Shown here: positions 30,652 to 41,702 of the stretch, piece by piece
Layout of the letters: each line of letters begins with the position of its first letter
How positions within the stretch are numbered: position 1 is the stretch's first letter
Sequence record: NC_027349.1
Source: Escherichia phage HY01
Strand: one strand, 5' to 3'
Length of the DNA: 64,000 bases
Notes under the pieces: model-generated
The model's input: only the letters and a program-made list of their open reading frames with translations
What the model was told of the DNA's origin: nothing
The model's database searches: none
Translations under genes and position numbers: made by a program

Positions 30652-31001
30652 TTAGAAAGGTCCTGGATGTCTTCTGCGAACTTGTTGAAGGAGTTGTTGA
30701 TTTGTTTTTCAACCAATCCTGGCTTATGAGCCACCACATCCGCCTTCTTTGCATCTTTGCGCAGTTTTTCATTTTCACGCTCAATAGCAGCAATTGCCTC
30801 ACGATTTTTATTATTCATCGCATCAATATAATTATACTGAATTCGCAAATTATTTAATGCTAAAGCGTTTTCATTGGCCGTTTTTGTAATTTCTACAACA
30901 GACGTTTCTAATCTTTCAATTTTATTTTTTAAAATTAAAGAAGTTCCGCCCAATGCAATTACAATTAATAACAAGCCTGTTGTCGTATTACTTAATTGCA
31001 T
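30648..31001 (-). CDS. pseT.3: Inner-membrane spanin component, i-spanin (Rz equivalent)
   Basis: 117 aa; N-terminal TM helix (LLLIVIALGGTSLIL) then coiled-coil-like sequence; adjacent to the lipoprotein ORF. Confidence 0.6.
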   Translation of the reverse strand: MQLSNTTTGLLLIVIALGGTSLILKNKIERLETSVVEITKTANENALALNNLRIQYNYIDAMNNKNREAIAAIERENEKLRKDAKKADVVAHKPGLVEKQINNSFNKFAEDIQDLSK

Positions 31002-31495
31002 AAAGTTTTAATAACCTCTATAATATCGTCTTGAGAAAGACCGTTAATTAAAATATGATGTTCAGCCGGAGATTTAGAAATTTTAAAGCATGCCTCAACA
31101 TCTTCTGCCATATCCGATGCGCTACGATTTGGATTACTAATTCCAAGACGATGTTTTCCCGTTAAAGGATTAACGATGATATAGCATTTACAGTTATTAA
31201 TATGAACATTAGGTTGAGTCTGATTAATGAATACATCACAATCATATTTCGCAAGCTGATTTTCTAAAAAGACTTTCATCTCCTCAACTGCATCAGGAAG
31301 CATATCACGGGCTTGCTCAAGACGACGATTTCGATATTCTTTAATGGTCGTTTTCCGCTTGACTTGCTTAGCTAAATCTTTCTTAAGATCGGTGATATAT
31401 CCAACTCGACGATTTCCTTTAAATACAGAAATCCCATCTGTAGTATCACCGTATGCTTCAACGACCATCTCAGTAGTAATAAGCTGCAAATCCAT
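30992..31495 (-). CDS. alc: Alc, terminates transcription on cytosine-containing DNA
   Basis: 167 aa, same as T4 Alc; directly downstream of an early promoter. Confidence 0.8.
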   Translation of the reverse strand: MDLQLITTEMVVEAYGDTTDGISVFKGNRRVGYITDLKKDLAKQVKRKTTIKEYRNRRLEQARDMLPDAVEEMKVFLENQLAKYDCDVFINQTQPNVHINNCKCYIIVNPLTGKHRLGISNPNRSASDMAEDVEACFKISKSPAEHHILINGLSQDDIIEVIKTLCN

Positions 31496-31526
31496 TATAA
31501 AGTCCTCATGTTATGTCAGTAAGACT

Positions 31527-31556
31527 ACTATAACACAACACGAGGGACTTGTAAAC
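31527..31556 (-). promoter_or_regulatory. T4-type early promoter for alc (GTTTAC-N18-TATAGT)
   Basis: Part of a ~55-bp near-identical copy of the promoter/leader at 15783-15837. Confidence 0.55.
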
Positions 31557-31559
31557 AGC

Positions 31560-33147
<1,588 letters not shown>

Positions 33148-33150
33148 AAT

Positions 33151-33169
33151 AAAATGGGCCTTGCGGCCC
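33151..33169 (-). terminator. Hairpin (GGGCC-TTGC-GGCCC) after nrdB
   Basis: Perfect 5-bp GC stem with a U-rich tract on the minus strand. Confidence 0.4.
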
Positions 33170-33174
33170 ACTCC

Positions 33175-34353
33175 TTAAAAATATTTTTTAAAACTCATCA
33201 TAACTTTATCATCAACATCATTATCAATCTGTGCTACAAGATAAGATGACAGTTCTACTTCTTGTGGCGCGGATTGAACATTATCAGAATTAAGGTATTC
33301 ACGAATCCAAGGATACGGGTGTTTAACCGGAGCATCGGTAATTGGGCATGGAAGACCACACTGTTTCATACGAGATACAGTTAAGTAATCAATAAAGCTC
33401 CACATGCTATTTGTATTTAATCCAGGAACATCGCCATCTTTAAATAAATGAACTGCCCAGTCTTTTTCTTGACGGTTAACTTCCATGAAAATATCAACTG
33501 CTTCTTGTTCACACTCTTGAGCAATTTTAACCCATTCATCACCGTCAGTGCCAAGTTGAAGTTGACGAATAATATATTGAGTGCCTTTAAGATGAAGTTG
33601 TTCATCACGTGCAATGAACTTCATAATCTTGGCATTACCTTCCATGATTTCCATGTTCTTATGGAAGTTAAAGGTACATGCGAAAGATACATAAAAACGA
33701 ATAGCTTCCAATGCATTGATTACATGGAGGCAAAGATAAAGAGATTTCATTAGTGCTCGTTTAGCTTCGGCTTCTTGTTTAATAGCTCGATTTAAACGAA
33801 AATCAGCATCAGGAGATTCTTTAGCTAGTTCTACAAATTCTTTAGCATTTTCCCATTCACGGGTCTTCTTAAGAACATCATCGTAATAGCGACCAATGGA
33901 CTCAGCGCGTTTCATAATATCTTCATCTAATACAATCTCATCAAATACCTTTGACGGATCAGTATAAAGATTTCGCATGATATGGGTATATGAACGGCTG
34001 TGAATAGTTTCACTAAAAGTCCATGTAGCAACCCACGTATCAAGGCTTGGGTCTGAAATTAACGACATAAGTACAGCAGACGGTGCACGACCCTGAATGC
34101 TATCCAAAAGTGATTGATACTTCAGGTTATTAGTAAAAATATCTTGCTGATACTGAGGAAGCTTGTTAAATTGTGCAGCATCCATCATTAAGTTTACTTC
34201 TTCAGGACGCCAGAAAAATGACAACTGCTTTTCGGTTAAATCTTCAAAAACTTTATGACGTTGAATATCATAACGCGCAATACCAAGACCTGATCCGAAG
34301 AACATAGGTTCTTTTAAAACATCAACTGGATTTGTATTAAAAACTGTGCTCAT
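33175..34353 (-). CDS. nrdB: Ribonucleotide reductase small subunit NrdB (uninterrupted, no intron)
   Basis: 392-aa continuous ORF MSTVFNTNPVDVL... with ATG start; no intervening sequence. Confidence 0.9.
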   Translation of the reverse strand: MSTVFNTNPVDVLKEPMFFGSGLGIARYDIQRHKVFEDLTEKQLSFFWRPEEVNLMMDAAQFNKLPQYQQDIFTNNLKYQSLLDSIQGRAPSAVLMSLISDPSLDTWVATWTFSETIHSRSYTHIMRNLYTDPSKVFDEIVLDEDIMKRAESIGRYYDDVLKKTREWENAKEFVELAKESPDADFRLNRAIKQEAEAKRALMKSLYLCLHVINALEAIRFYVSFACTFNFHKNMEIMEGNAKIMKFIARDEQLHLKGTQYIIRQLQLGTDGDEWVKIAQECEQEAVDIFMEVNRQEKDWAVHLFKDGDVPGLNTNSMWSFIDYLTVSRMKQCGLPCPITDAPVKHPYPWIREYLNSDNVQSAPQEVELSSYLVAQIDNDVDDKVMMSFKKYF

Positions 34354-34404
34354 AAATTTTCCGCTTAGTTAATAGATAGTGACTCGTCCGTGAGTCAAAT
34401 TATA

Positions 34405-35394
34405 TCATAATTTACAGGATGAACAATCTTCAGCTTTTGGAGTTTCTATTTCATAATCATCAGTACCAGAACCGTCGCGGGTATTATGATAATAGAAATT
34501 TTTTCCGCCAAAATACCAAAAGTACAAAAGGTCATCAATCATTACAGACATTGGAACCTTTCCTTTTGGAAAAATCTGCGGGTCATAATATGTATTCGCT
34601 GAAGCTGATTGACATACCCATTTCAGCATAATAGCTACCTGCGTAAGATAAGGTTTATTACCTTTCTTAGCTAATTTCCATGTATAATCATAGAGGTCTA
34701 TGTTATGTTCAATATTGGGCACGACTTGATTAAAGGAACCCTCTTTTGATTCTTTAACCGAGACTGGTCCACGTGGAGGCTCGATGCCGTTTGTACTGTT
34801 AGAAACTTGGGAAGATGACTCACATGGCATAAGTGCTGATAATGTGCTATTACGGATGCCAAAGAGCTTAAGGTCTTCCCGCAGCTCCGACCAGTCACAA
34901 ACGTATTTTGGAGCTGCGATTTGGTCAATCTTTTTATTGTACCAGTCGATAGGTAATTCGCCTCGAGACCAACGAGTGTCTGAATAATATTCGCAAGGTC
35001 CTTTTTCTTTGGCGAGCTTAATGGATGCTTTAATGAGCCCATACTGTAATCTCTCAAATAGTTCATGTGTTAAATCGTTAGCATCTTCATAAGAAGCAAA
35101 GTTACTTGCCAGCCAAGCTGCATAGTTAGTAACACCTACGCCAAGGTTTCGACGCTTTTTAGCTTTTTCTGCTTCAGGAACTGGATATCCTTGGTAATCC
35201 AAAAGATTATCAAGAGCGCGAACTTGAACTTCTGCCAATTCATTAATTTTATCTTGGTCTTGCCAATCGAAGTTATCTAGCACAAATGCAGAGAGAGTGC
35301 AGAGGCCCACTTCACCTTTGTTTTCAATAACTTGTATTGTTGTATACTCATCATCTTCGTAAAATTCATCTACAAATTCATAATCAATATTCAT
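34405..35394 (-). CDS. nrdA: Ribonucleotide reductase large subunit, C-terminal fragment (NrdA-b)
   Basis: 329-aa ORF with its own ATG; after a ~25-aa non-conserved lead, aligns to class Ia NrdA from GEVGLCTLSAF to the C-terminal CSSCKL. Confidence 0.85.
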   Translation of the reverse strand: MNIDYEFVDEFYEDDEYTTIQVIENKGEVGLCTLSAFVLDNFDWQDQDKINELAEVQVRALDNLLDYQGYPVPEAEKAKKRRNLGVGVTNYAAWLASNFASYEDANDLTHELFERLQYGLIKASIKLAKEKGPCEYYSDTRWSRGELPIDWYNKKIDQIAAPKYVCDWSELREDLKLFGIRNSTLSALMPCESSSQVSNSTNGIEPPRGPVSVKESKEGSFNQVVPNIEHNIDLYDYTWKLAKKGNKPYLTQVAIMLKWVCQSASANTYYDPQIFPKGKVPMSVMIDDLLYFWYFGGKNFYYHNTRDGSGTDDYEIETPKAEDCSSCKL

Positions 35395-36094
35395 TTAATT
35401 CTTCTACCTTTTTTCGAGATATTCCTAGAGCTTTAGATGCTCGATGTATTGATTGATATTCTATACCGTTTATTTTTACAGCAATTAAGTTATGGGGTTT
35501 TAATCCCTTTGGATGAGGTTTACTGACGTATTCTTGATTATCGTTTTCAGAGATATTATCAAGCTTTCGACACTTAAAGCCTTTATGTTGAGACCTTTTG
35601 CCTTTGCATACGGCCGACATTGCCGAAGCATTGAGTGAATGTAGTTCGCAAAATTCTCTTAGGCCTTTATGGATTTCTTCATGACCGTCCGGGAAAGTAA
35701 ATACCCAAGTTGTTTGAAGTTTTTCTCTATGCTCGTCAGTTACCGGAATACCTTTGTTCCAAGCTGGTTTGCCTTTATTATTTTCAGATACAGAAATAGC
35801 CAATTTTCTTCTAAGCCACCCATGGCGTTTATTGGTGTTCTTTCGTTCAATATTATCTTCAGAATAAACACACATCATATTAGCGGCAAATACCAATTTA
35901 TGATTATCTGGATATATCTTTACTAATAATTGATGAGCTATGTAATGCTCTTCGGGTGTCAAATCTACCAGGTTTTCCTTTGTATCAGAACCACCAATAC
36001 ACAGAGGTATAATATGGTGTGATTCGGTATAGCAATCTAATTTTCTGTTCTTAGCTTTAGAAATAAGGTTATTGTAAATTTTAGAATAATCCAT
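35384..36094 (-). CDS. HNH homing endonuclease (MobE-like) inserted within nrdA
   Basis: 236 aa; HNH motif ESHHIIPLCIGGSDTKENLVDLTPEEHYIAH; GAGGA Shine-Dalgarno; stop overlaps the NrdA-b start by 11 nt. Confidence 0.85.
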   Translation of the reverse strand: MDYSKIYNNLISKAKNRKLDCYTESHHIIPLCIGGSDTKENLVDLTPEEHYIAHQLLVKIYPDNHKLVFAANMMCVYSEDNIERKNTNKRHGWLRRKLAISVSENNKGKPAWNKGIPVTDEHREKLQTTWVFTFPDGHEEIHKGLREFCELHSLNASAMSAVCKGKRSQHKGFKCRKLDNISENDNQEYVSKPHPKGLKPHNLIAVKINGIEYQSIHRASKALGISRKKVEELNEY

Positions 36095-36139
36095 AACTTT
36101 TCCTCTTGTTATGGATTATTTATTAACGGTCTGTGTACT

Positions 36140-37573
36140 TTATTTGCTTTGAATTATACCGCCAGGATTAGCTTCATAAAACTTAGCTACATCCGACTTC
36201 TTAATTTTGATTAAACGGGTTTGTTGGCTATTCACATCATTTGTTGGAATAGCAATTTCACAGCACAAATTACTCTGACGAATAGGTGCTTTTTCACGAA
36301 TAAACGGAGTATAGTTATTCGTATTATCAATGAACTGCACATAAATCCTTGCTGTTCCTGATCGTTCAGTCATGAGTAGTTCAAACAGTTCACGTGCTTT
36401 AATACGCTTTTTACGAATATTAGGGTCTTTTTCTGCGGCTTCGTATAATTCACGGAAACGGTCTTGGTCTTTAAAATAAGAATAATAAAGCTCGCCACCC
36501 ATTTCATGCGGACTGAACAAAGTAATGTAGTCGTTCTTTCCAAAACGTTCCATCATCAAATCATTCAGCTGGACGCCATAATCCATATGACGGATACGGT
36601 TTTCTTCTACGCCTTTGTTATTTTTCAAAACGAGAAGATTTTCAACTTCCAAATGCCAAATAGGATAATAAGCAGTAGCAGCGCCGCCACGAATTCCGCC
36701 CTGTGAACACGATTTAACAGCAGTCTGAAAATGTTTCCAAAAAGGAATAACACCAGTATGACGCACTTCACCTGTGCCAATCTTAGAACCTTCGGCACGA
36801 ATCATACCAACGTTAATACCAATTCCAGCGCGTTTGGAGATATATTCAACAATTGAAGCAGAAGCCTTATTGATAGACTTCAGCGAATCACCTGCCTCAA
36901 TAACAACACATGAACTAAACTGCCGAGTTGGAGTACGACAACCAGCCATAATAGGAGTTGGCAATGAAATCTGTCGAGTAGATACTGCTTCATAAAAACG
37001 AATAACATGTTTTAATCTATCAACAGGTTCATCTTGATGCAATGCCATTCCAATAGTCATAAATGCAAACTGTGGAGTTTCATAAATTTGACCGGTGGTT
37101 TTATCTTTAACTAGATATTTTTCTTTTAATTGCATCGCCCCGGAATAAGTAAATTCCATATCCCGCTCGTGCTTAATTTTTGATTCTAAAAATGTAATTT
37201 CTTCTGCTGAATATTTTGACAACAGTTCAGGGTCGTATTTACCTTCATTTACACAGTAAGAAATATGGTCAATAAATGAACGTGGTTCATACTGACCGTA
37301 AACATGCTTACGAAGAGCGAACATTAAACAGCGCGCAGCTACGTATTGATAATCAGGCTCTTCAACTGAAATAGAATTCGCAGCAGCCTTAATTACAATA
37401 GTTTGAATGTCATCAGTGGTCATTCCATCACGGAGATATGATTTAATATTTTCATATAATTCATAAGGATCTACAGATGTTCCTTCAGCTGCCCAAGATA
37501 AAACTTTAATAATTTTTTGCGGGTCAAAGCTTTGAGAAACACCACTACTTTTGATAACATTAATTAATTGCAT
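36140..37573 (-). CDS. nrdA: Ribonucleotide reductase large subunit, N-terminal fragment (NrdA-a)
   Basis: 477-aa ORF; aligns to NrdA through the active-site loop SNLCCEIAIPTNDVNS, then ~28 aa of unrelated tail before the stop. Confidence 0.85.
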   Translation of the reverse strand: MQLINVIKSSGVSQSFDPQKIIKVLSWAAEGTSVDPYELYENIKSYLRDGMTTDDIQTIVIKAAANSISVEEPDYQYVAARCLMFALRKHVYGQYEPRSFIDHISYCVNEGKYDPELLSKYSAEEITFLESKIKHERDMEFTYSGAMQLKEKYLVKDKTTGQIYETPQFAFMTIGMALHQDEPVDRLKHVIRFYEAVSTRQISLPTPIMAGCRTPTRQFSSCVVIEAGDSLKSINKASASIVEYISKRAGIGINVGMIRAEGSKIGTGEVRHTGVIPFWKHFQTAVKSCSQGGIRGGAATAYYPIWHLEVENLLVLKNNKGVEENRIRHMDYGVQLNDLMMERFGKNDYITLFSPHEMGGELYYSYFKDQDRFRELYEAAEKDPNIRKKRIKARELFELLMTERSGTARIYVQFIDNTNNYTPFIREKAPIRQSNLCCEIAIPTNDVNSQQTRLIKIKKSDVAKFYEANPGGIIQSK

Positions 37574-37890
37574 AAGTCCTCAACTTGAAAATCGTCTTTA
37601 AACAATCGGTTAACTATATGAGCTATTATATCACCATGACACGGCTTTGGTTTACATGTGCATCCTAGCCTCATTCCACGTAAAGGTTCTAAATGTGCTT
37701 TAGTTATTTCTCCGGATTTAATTCGACGTATAAAATCTTTTTTGAATAATTCAATGGCAGCCTCCCGGCTGCCAGCATCTTTACCGACGTAATTTCCCCA
37801 AAATGTACCACGGTGAATATTAACATCAAAGTCGGATTTATATTTATTCACTACTTGGCATAGACGGCCCGCGCGGTGATAATTCGTCAT
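37564..37890 (-). CDS. Hypothetical protein (nrdA.1 position)
   Basis: 108-aa ORF. Confidence 0.6.
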   Translation of the reverse strand: MTNYHRAGRLCQVVNKYKSDFDVNIHRGTFWGNYVGKDAGSREAAIELFKKDFIRRIKSGEITKAHLEPLRGMRLGCTCKPKPCHGDIIAHIVNRLFKDDFQVEDLCN

Positions 37891-38107
37891 ATTGTTTTTC
37901 CGTTAAAACAGTAATATCATAATAACAATCTGAAGAAGTTTTAACCGTAGAAATTTTATTATCAAAATACTCACGAGTCATTTTATGAGTATAATATTTT
38001 TTGCCATAAATTATAATAGGCTGATTTGGTCCTGGAACTTCTAACTCGCTTGGGTTAGGAAGTGTAAAAAGAACTACACCAGAAGTATCTTTAAATCGTA
38101 AAATCAT
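37844..38107 (-). CDS. Hypothetical protein (nrdA.2 position)
   Basis: 87-aa ORF. Confidence 0.55.
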   Translation of the reverse strand: MILRFKDTSGVVLFTLPNPSELEVPGPNQPIIIYGKKYYTHKMTREYFDNKISTVKTSSDCYYDITVLTEKQYDELSPRGPSMPSSE

Positions 38108-38130
38108 ATATCCTCACAATTAATAATTAA

Positions 38131-38991
38131 TTACACCGCCATTTTTCCTTTAATAGGAGGGTGAGATACATAGTTGTTAAGAACAAAATTATGCGGCTTT
38201 GCGAATTGACTCAACCAAAATACCTGTGATTCTGTGTCCCATTCATCAAATTCATCTGGAAATTTTAATTGTAATTCGCATAAATCCATAGGTTCACGAC
38301 GTAAAATTTCTTTACATTGTTCTACGTGATTCATATAGATATGAGTATTACCACCAGAAAATATCAAATCTCCTGGAATAAGATTACACATCTTAGCTAC
38401 AATATGAACTAATGCAGCATATGATGCAATGTTGAATGGCAAGCCCAAGAACACGTCAACACTTCTTTGATACCACTGCAAATCCAAATAGCCATTACGC
38501 ACATTAAACTGATAGAACATATGACAAGGCGGTAATGCCATATATTTAAGTTCAGCTGGATTCCATGCAGAAACAATTTGACGCCTATCATTCGGCAGTT
38601 TTTTAATACGATCAATAACTTCTATAATTTGGTCTACACCGCCAAAATCACGCCATTGTTTTCCATAAATTGGACCAAGTTCACCACTATGATATCCTAA
38701 ATCTTTTGCTTGATTTTCGTAATTTTCATCCCAGACTGTTTTGCCTTGAATTAATGAATCATGTTGAATTAATCGTAAATCATTGACATTTGTGCTTCCC
38801 GATAAAAACCATATTAGCTCAGCAATGCAAGCTTTCCAGGCGAGCTTCTTAGTTGTTACTGCAGGAAAACCTTTAGTTAAATCCCAGCGTAATTTAGTAC
38901 CGAACAAAGCAATTGTTCCTGTGCCCGTTCGGTCATCGGTTTCATAGCCATTTTCAAAAATGTCTTTAATTAAATCTTGGTATTGTTTCAT
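38131..38991 (-). CDS. td: Thymidylate synthase (uninterrupted, no intron)
   Basis: 286-aa continuous ORF with catalytic PCH motif (ALPPCHMFYQF); no intron. Confidence 0.95.
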   Translation of the reverse strand: MKQYQDLIKDIFENGYETDDRTGTGTIALFGTKLRWDLTKGFPAVTTKKLAWKACIAELIWFLSGSTNVNDLRLIQHDSLIQGKTVWDENYENQAKDLGYHSGELGPIYGKQWRDFGGVDQIIEVIDRIKKLPNDRRQIVSAWNPAELKYMALPPCHMFYQFNVRNGYLDLQWYQRSVDVFLGLPFNIASYAALVHIVAKMCNLIPGDLIFSGGNTHIYMNHVEQCKEILRREPMDLCELQLKFPDEFDEWDTESQVFWLSQFAKPHNFVLNNYVSHPPIKGKMAV

Positions 38992-39036
38992 TTAGTACCT
39001 TATATAAATTATAATACATTTTATGAAGCTAAATAA

Positions 39037-39384
39037 TCAATACGGTTTAGCATCAAATTTTCTTTCAATTTCAGGCGTGAAATATAATTCTTTACCACGC
39101 TTGGAAAAGCGACCAATAATATGATAATTATTCTCATCAAACGTGATATTGCCAATATCCATAGCTTTCAACCAAATATCGATATTTCTATCCAGTTTTA
39201 TATCAAAATTCCAATACGGAGAACTATTACCGAAAATACTGCAAGCGGATTCAGTGAAACAACTGCTATAAATCTTGTCTTTAGGAACTACTAATTGATA
39301 GACGCCTTTAATAAACTGAGGACCCTGCCATTTTGGCTGTTTCGCGCCTTTTTCTAATAGAATAGGGTAATAATTAAAGTTCAT
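39037..39384 (-). CDS. Hypothetical protein inserted between frd and td
   Basis: 115-aa ORF with ATG start and no recognisable motif; occupies a junction that is a 4-nt ATGA overlap in T4 as I recall it. Confidence 0.55.
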   Translation of the reverse strand: MNFNYYPILLEKGAKQPKWQGPQFIKGVYQLVVPKDKIYSSCFTESACSIFGNSSPYWNFDIKLDRNIDIWLKAMDIGNITFDENNYHIIGRFSKRGKELYFTPEIERKFDAKPY

Positions 39385-39404
39385 ATTTTCTGCCGCGCGT
39401 TATT

Positions 39405-39992
<588 letters not shown>

Positions 39993-40247
39993 TCAAAACC
40001 CCCTTTCAATAAACCATTCAGTGGCTTTATTAGCATCAAAGAATAATTCTTCATATGTCTTTTCTTTGTTTTCAAAAACTGTCACACAAACACGTTGACA
40101 GTCTCCGCAGTATTCTTCTGACATGCTCAAAGCGTCAGAAAACATTTCATTAAATTCATTTAAATCAGGATTATGTAATGCATTAAAAATTGCATAATCG
40201 AATTCATCATTCATAAATTCAAATACAAAAATCATATTACCTCCCAC
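39993..40247 (-). CDS. Hypothetical protein (frd.1 position)
   Basis: 84-aa ORF. Confidence 0.55.
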   Translation of the reverse strand: MGGNMIFVFEFMNDEFDYAIFNALHNPDLNEFNEMFSDALSMSEEYCGDCQRVCVTVFENKEKTYEELFFDANKATEWFIERGF

Positions 40248-40591
40248 TGAAAAGGGTCAGAAGCATATCCGCTAGCTTTAATCATTTTAACTAAAGTTAC
40301 CATGCCTTTGTTAACTGCTTGCGCAATTTCATTAAAAACTTCATCACTATCATCGTAAAGGTCATTAAAAAGTTCTAACACGTTCTTCTGAACTTTTAAT
40401 TTACGGCCGACAATTTCGCCTACAGTAAATTCGTTTCCGCCAAATCCAGCGTAAAATGTAATTACACCCATTAACTGGCTTTCGCGAGAATCTATGTCAT
40501 GTGATAAATTAATAAAAGCCGTCCCAGGCGCGGTTTTAAGTCGACAACGAATTCTTACTTGGATAATTCCAGTTATATGAATGTCAGACAT
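40232..40591 (-). CDS. Hypothetical protein (frd.2 position)
   Basis: 119-aa ORF. Confidence 0.55.
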   Translation of the reverse strand: MSDIHITGIIQVRIRCRLKTAPGTAFINLSHDIDSRESQLMGVITFYAGFGGNEFTVGEIVGRKLKVQKNVLELFNDLYDDSDEVFNEIAQAVNKGMVTLVKMIKASGYASDPFQWEVI

Positions 40592-40601
40592 AATATTTTC
40601 C

Positions 40602-40844
40602 TCAAACAGACTTTTTCACAATTTTCCAATCAGCTTTAAACTGTTCAACGTCAGAATGATAAATCCAAAATCCTGCGCTTTCTCCATCCTCATAAAGAGG
40701 GCATCCATCGCATTCATCTTCCCATCCCATATCACGTAAAAGATGTTCAGCTTTTTCAACAAGTTCAGAATCTTTACCAATGATATTAAAATACCATTTA
40801 CCTCTAACTTCTGAATCTTTAATGCTCTGGCGTTGTAATCTCAT
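40602..40844 (-). CDS. Hypothetical protein (frd.3 position)
   Basis: 80-aa ORF with Shine-Dalgarno, downstream of an early promoter. Confidence 0.55.
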   Translation of the reverse strand: MRLQRQSIKDSEVRGKWYFNIIGKDSELVEKAEHLLRDMGWEDECDGCPLYEDGESAGFWIYHSDVEQFKADWKIVKKSV

Positions 40845-40869
40845 TTTATTCTCCTTAGTTGATAGGGTA

Positions 40870-40899
40870 ATAGTATCACACTACTACCCTGTTGTAAAC
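40870..40899 (-). promoter_or_regulatory. T4-type early promoter (GTTTAC-N18-TACTAT)
   Basis: Member of the conserved GATAGGGTAA...GTAAAC cassette family. Confidence 0.45.
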
Positions 40900-41300
40900 T
40901 ACTTTTTGAAAGTTTTTCGCAAAAGTTCAATGATTTCATCTACATTGTTTTCGTCTACAATGCAGTGAATTTTTGTTACGCCAGAAATCTTGTCTTCGAC
41001 TTCATCTTCTTCAGAAGTCGGTTCTTTATACTCGCGGAAACAATAAAACTCTTCTTCACTAAGTTCAAAATAATCATCACCCATGCCATCATCATTATAG
41101 ATTTCGCCATTAGCACAAATGATTTCAGTTACATAATCAAAGCCATCTAAATTTGATATTGATTTAACTTCAAACCAACCACCATTTTCTTGAATGATGC
41201 CGACCATATTAGCATTTGATGAACTAATATCAATGAAAGATTTAATACGATGTGGATTTAACTCATATTTTTTGCCGATTTCCATTTTGATTTTCCTCAT
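40899..41300 (-). CDS. Hypothetical acidic protein
   Basis: 133-aa ORF with GAGGA Shine-Dalgarno; Asp/Glu-rich C-terminal half. Confidence 0.55.
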   Translation of the reverse strand: MRKIKMEIGKKYELNPHRIKSFIDISSSNANMVGIIQENGGWFEVKSISNLDGFDYVTEIICANGEIYNDDGMGDDYFELSEEEFYCFREYKEPTSEEDEVEDKISGVTKIHCIVDENNVDEIIELLRKTFKK

Positions 41301-41330
41301 TTTGATAGGGGCTTGATAGCCCCTTAATAA

Positions 41331-41558
41331 TTATTGTTCAATCAGTCCCATGTAAAATTCTACATCTTCAGAATCCATACCATCACAATATTCATTAGCC
41401 ATAAAGCGGGTGAGGTCTTCAAGAGGGCCTTCAATAACGATTTGAATACTCCAAAACTTAGAATCTTGCACGCTTGTGATACTAAGTTCAGGATAATGAT
41501 TACGAATAATTTCTTCAATATATTCAAAATCAACGATGTCAATATCAACTTTAGCCAT
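41331..41558 (-). CDS. Hypothetical acidic small protein
   Basis: Start moved to ATG at 41558 (AGAGGAAAA Shine-Dalgarno), 75 aa; strongly acidic. Confidence 0.5.
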   Translation of the reverse strand: MAKVDIDIVDFEYIEEIIRNHYPELSITSVQDSKFWSIQIVIEGPLEDLTRFMANEYCDGMDSEDVEFYMGLIEQ

Positions 41559-41601
41559 ATTGTTTTCCTCTTTAATCATCAGCAGTATTGCCGATAGTTG
41601 T

Positions 41602-41631
41602 ATAGTACCATAGTCCTTGTGGTATGTAAAC
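41602..41631 (-). promoter_or_regulatory. T4-type early promoter (GTTTAC-N18-TACTAT)
   Basis: Cassette nearly identical to those at 58292-58321 and 61936-61965. Confidence 0.5.
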
Positions 41632-41650
41632 TGTTTTGTGAAAAAATTTT

Positions 41651-41680
41651 AAAATAAAAAAGGGGACCTCTAGGGTCCCC
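41651..41680 (-). terminator. Rho-independent terminator after gene 32 (GGGGACC-CTAGA-GGTCCCC)
   Basis: 7-bp GC-rich stem followed on the minus strand by TTTTTTATTTT. Confidence 0.6.
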
Positions 41681-41702
41681 AATTAATTAGTAATATAATC
41701 TA

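Noticed and set aside
35384-36233. Group I intron or intein interpretation of the nrdA interruption
   Set aside because: The endonuclease ORF is in a different frame with its own Shine-Dalgarno, so it is not an in-frame intein. The downstream NrdA fragment has its own ATG and unrelated leading residues, and the non-coding flanks (~45 bp and ~0 bp) are too short for a typical group I ribozyme core. Splicing cannot be excluded from sequence alone.
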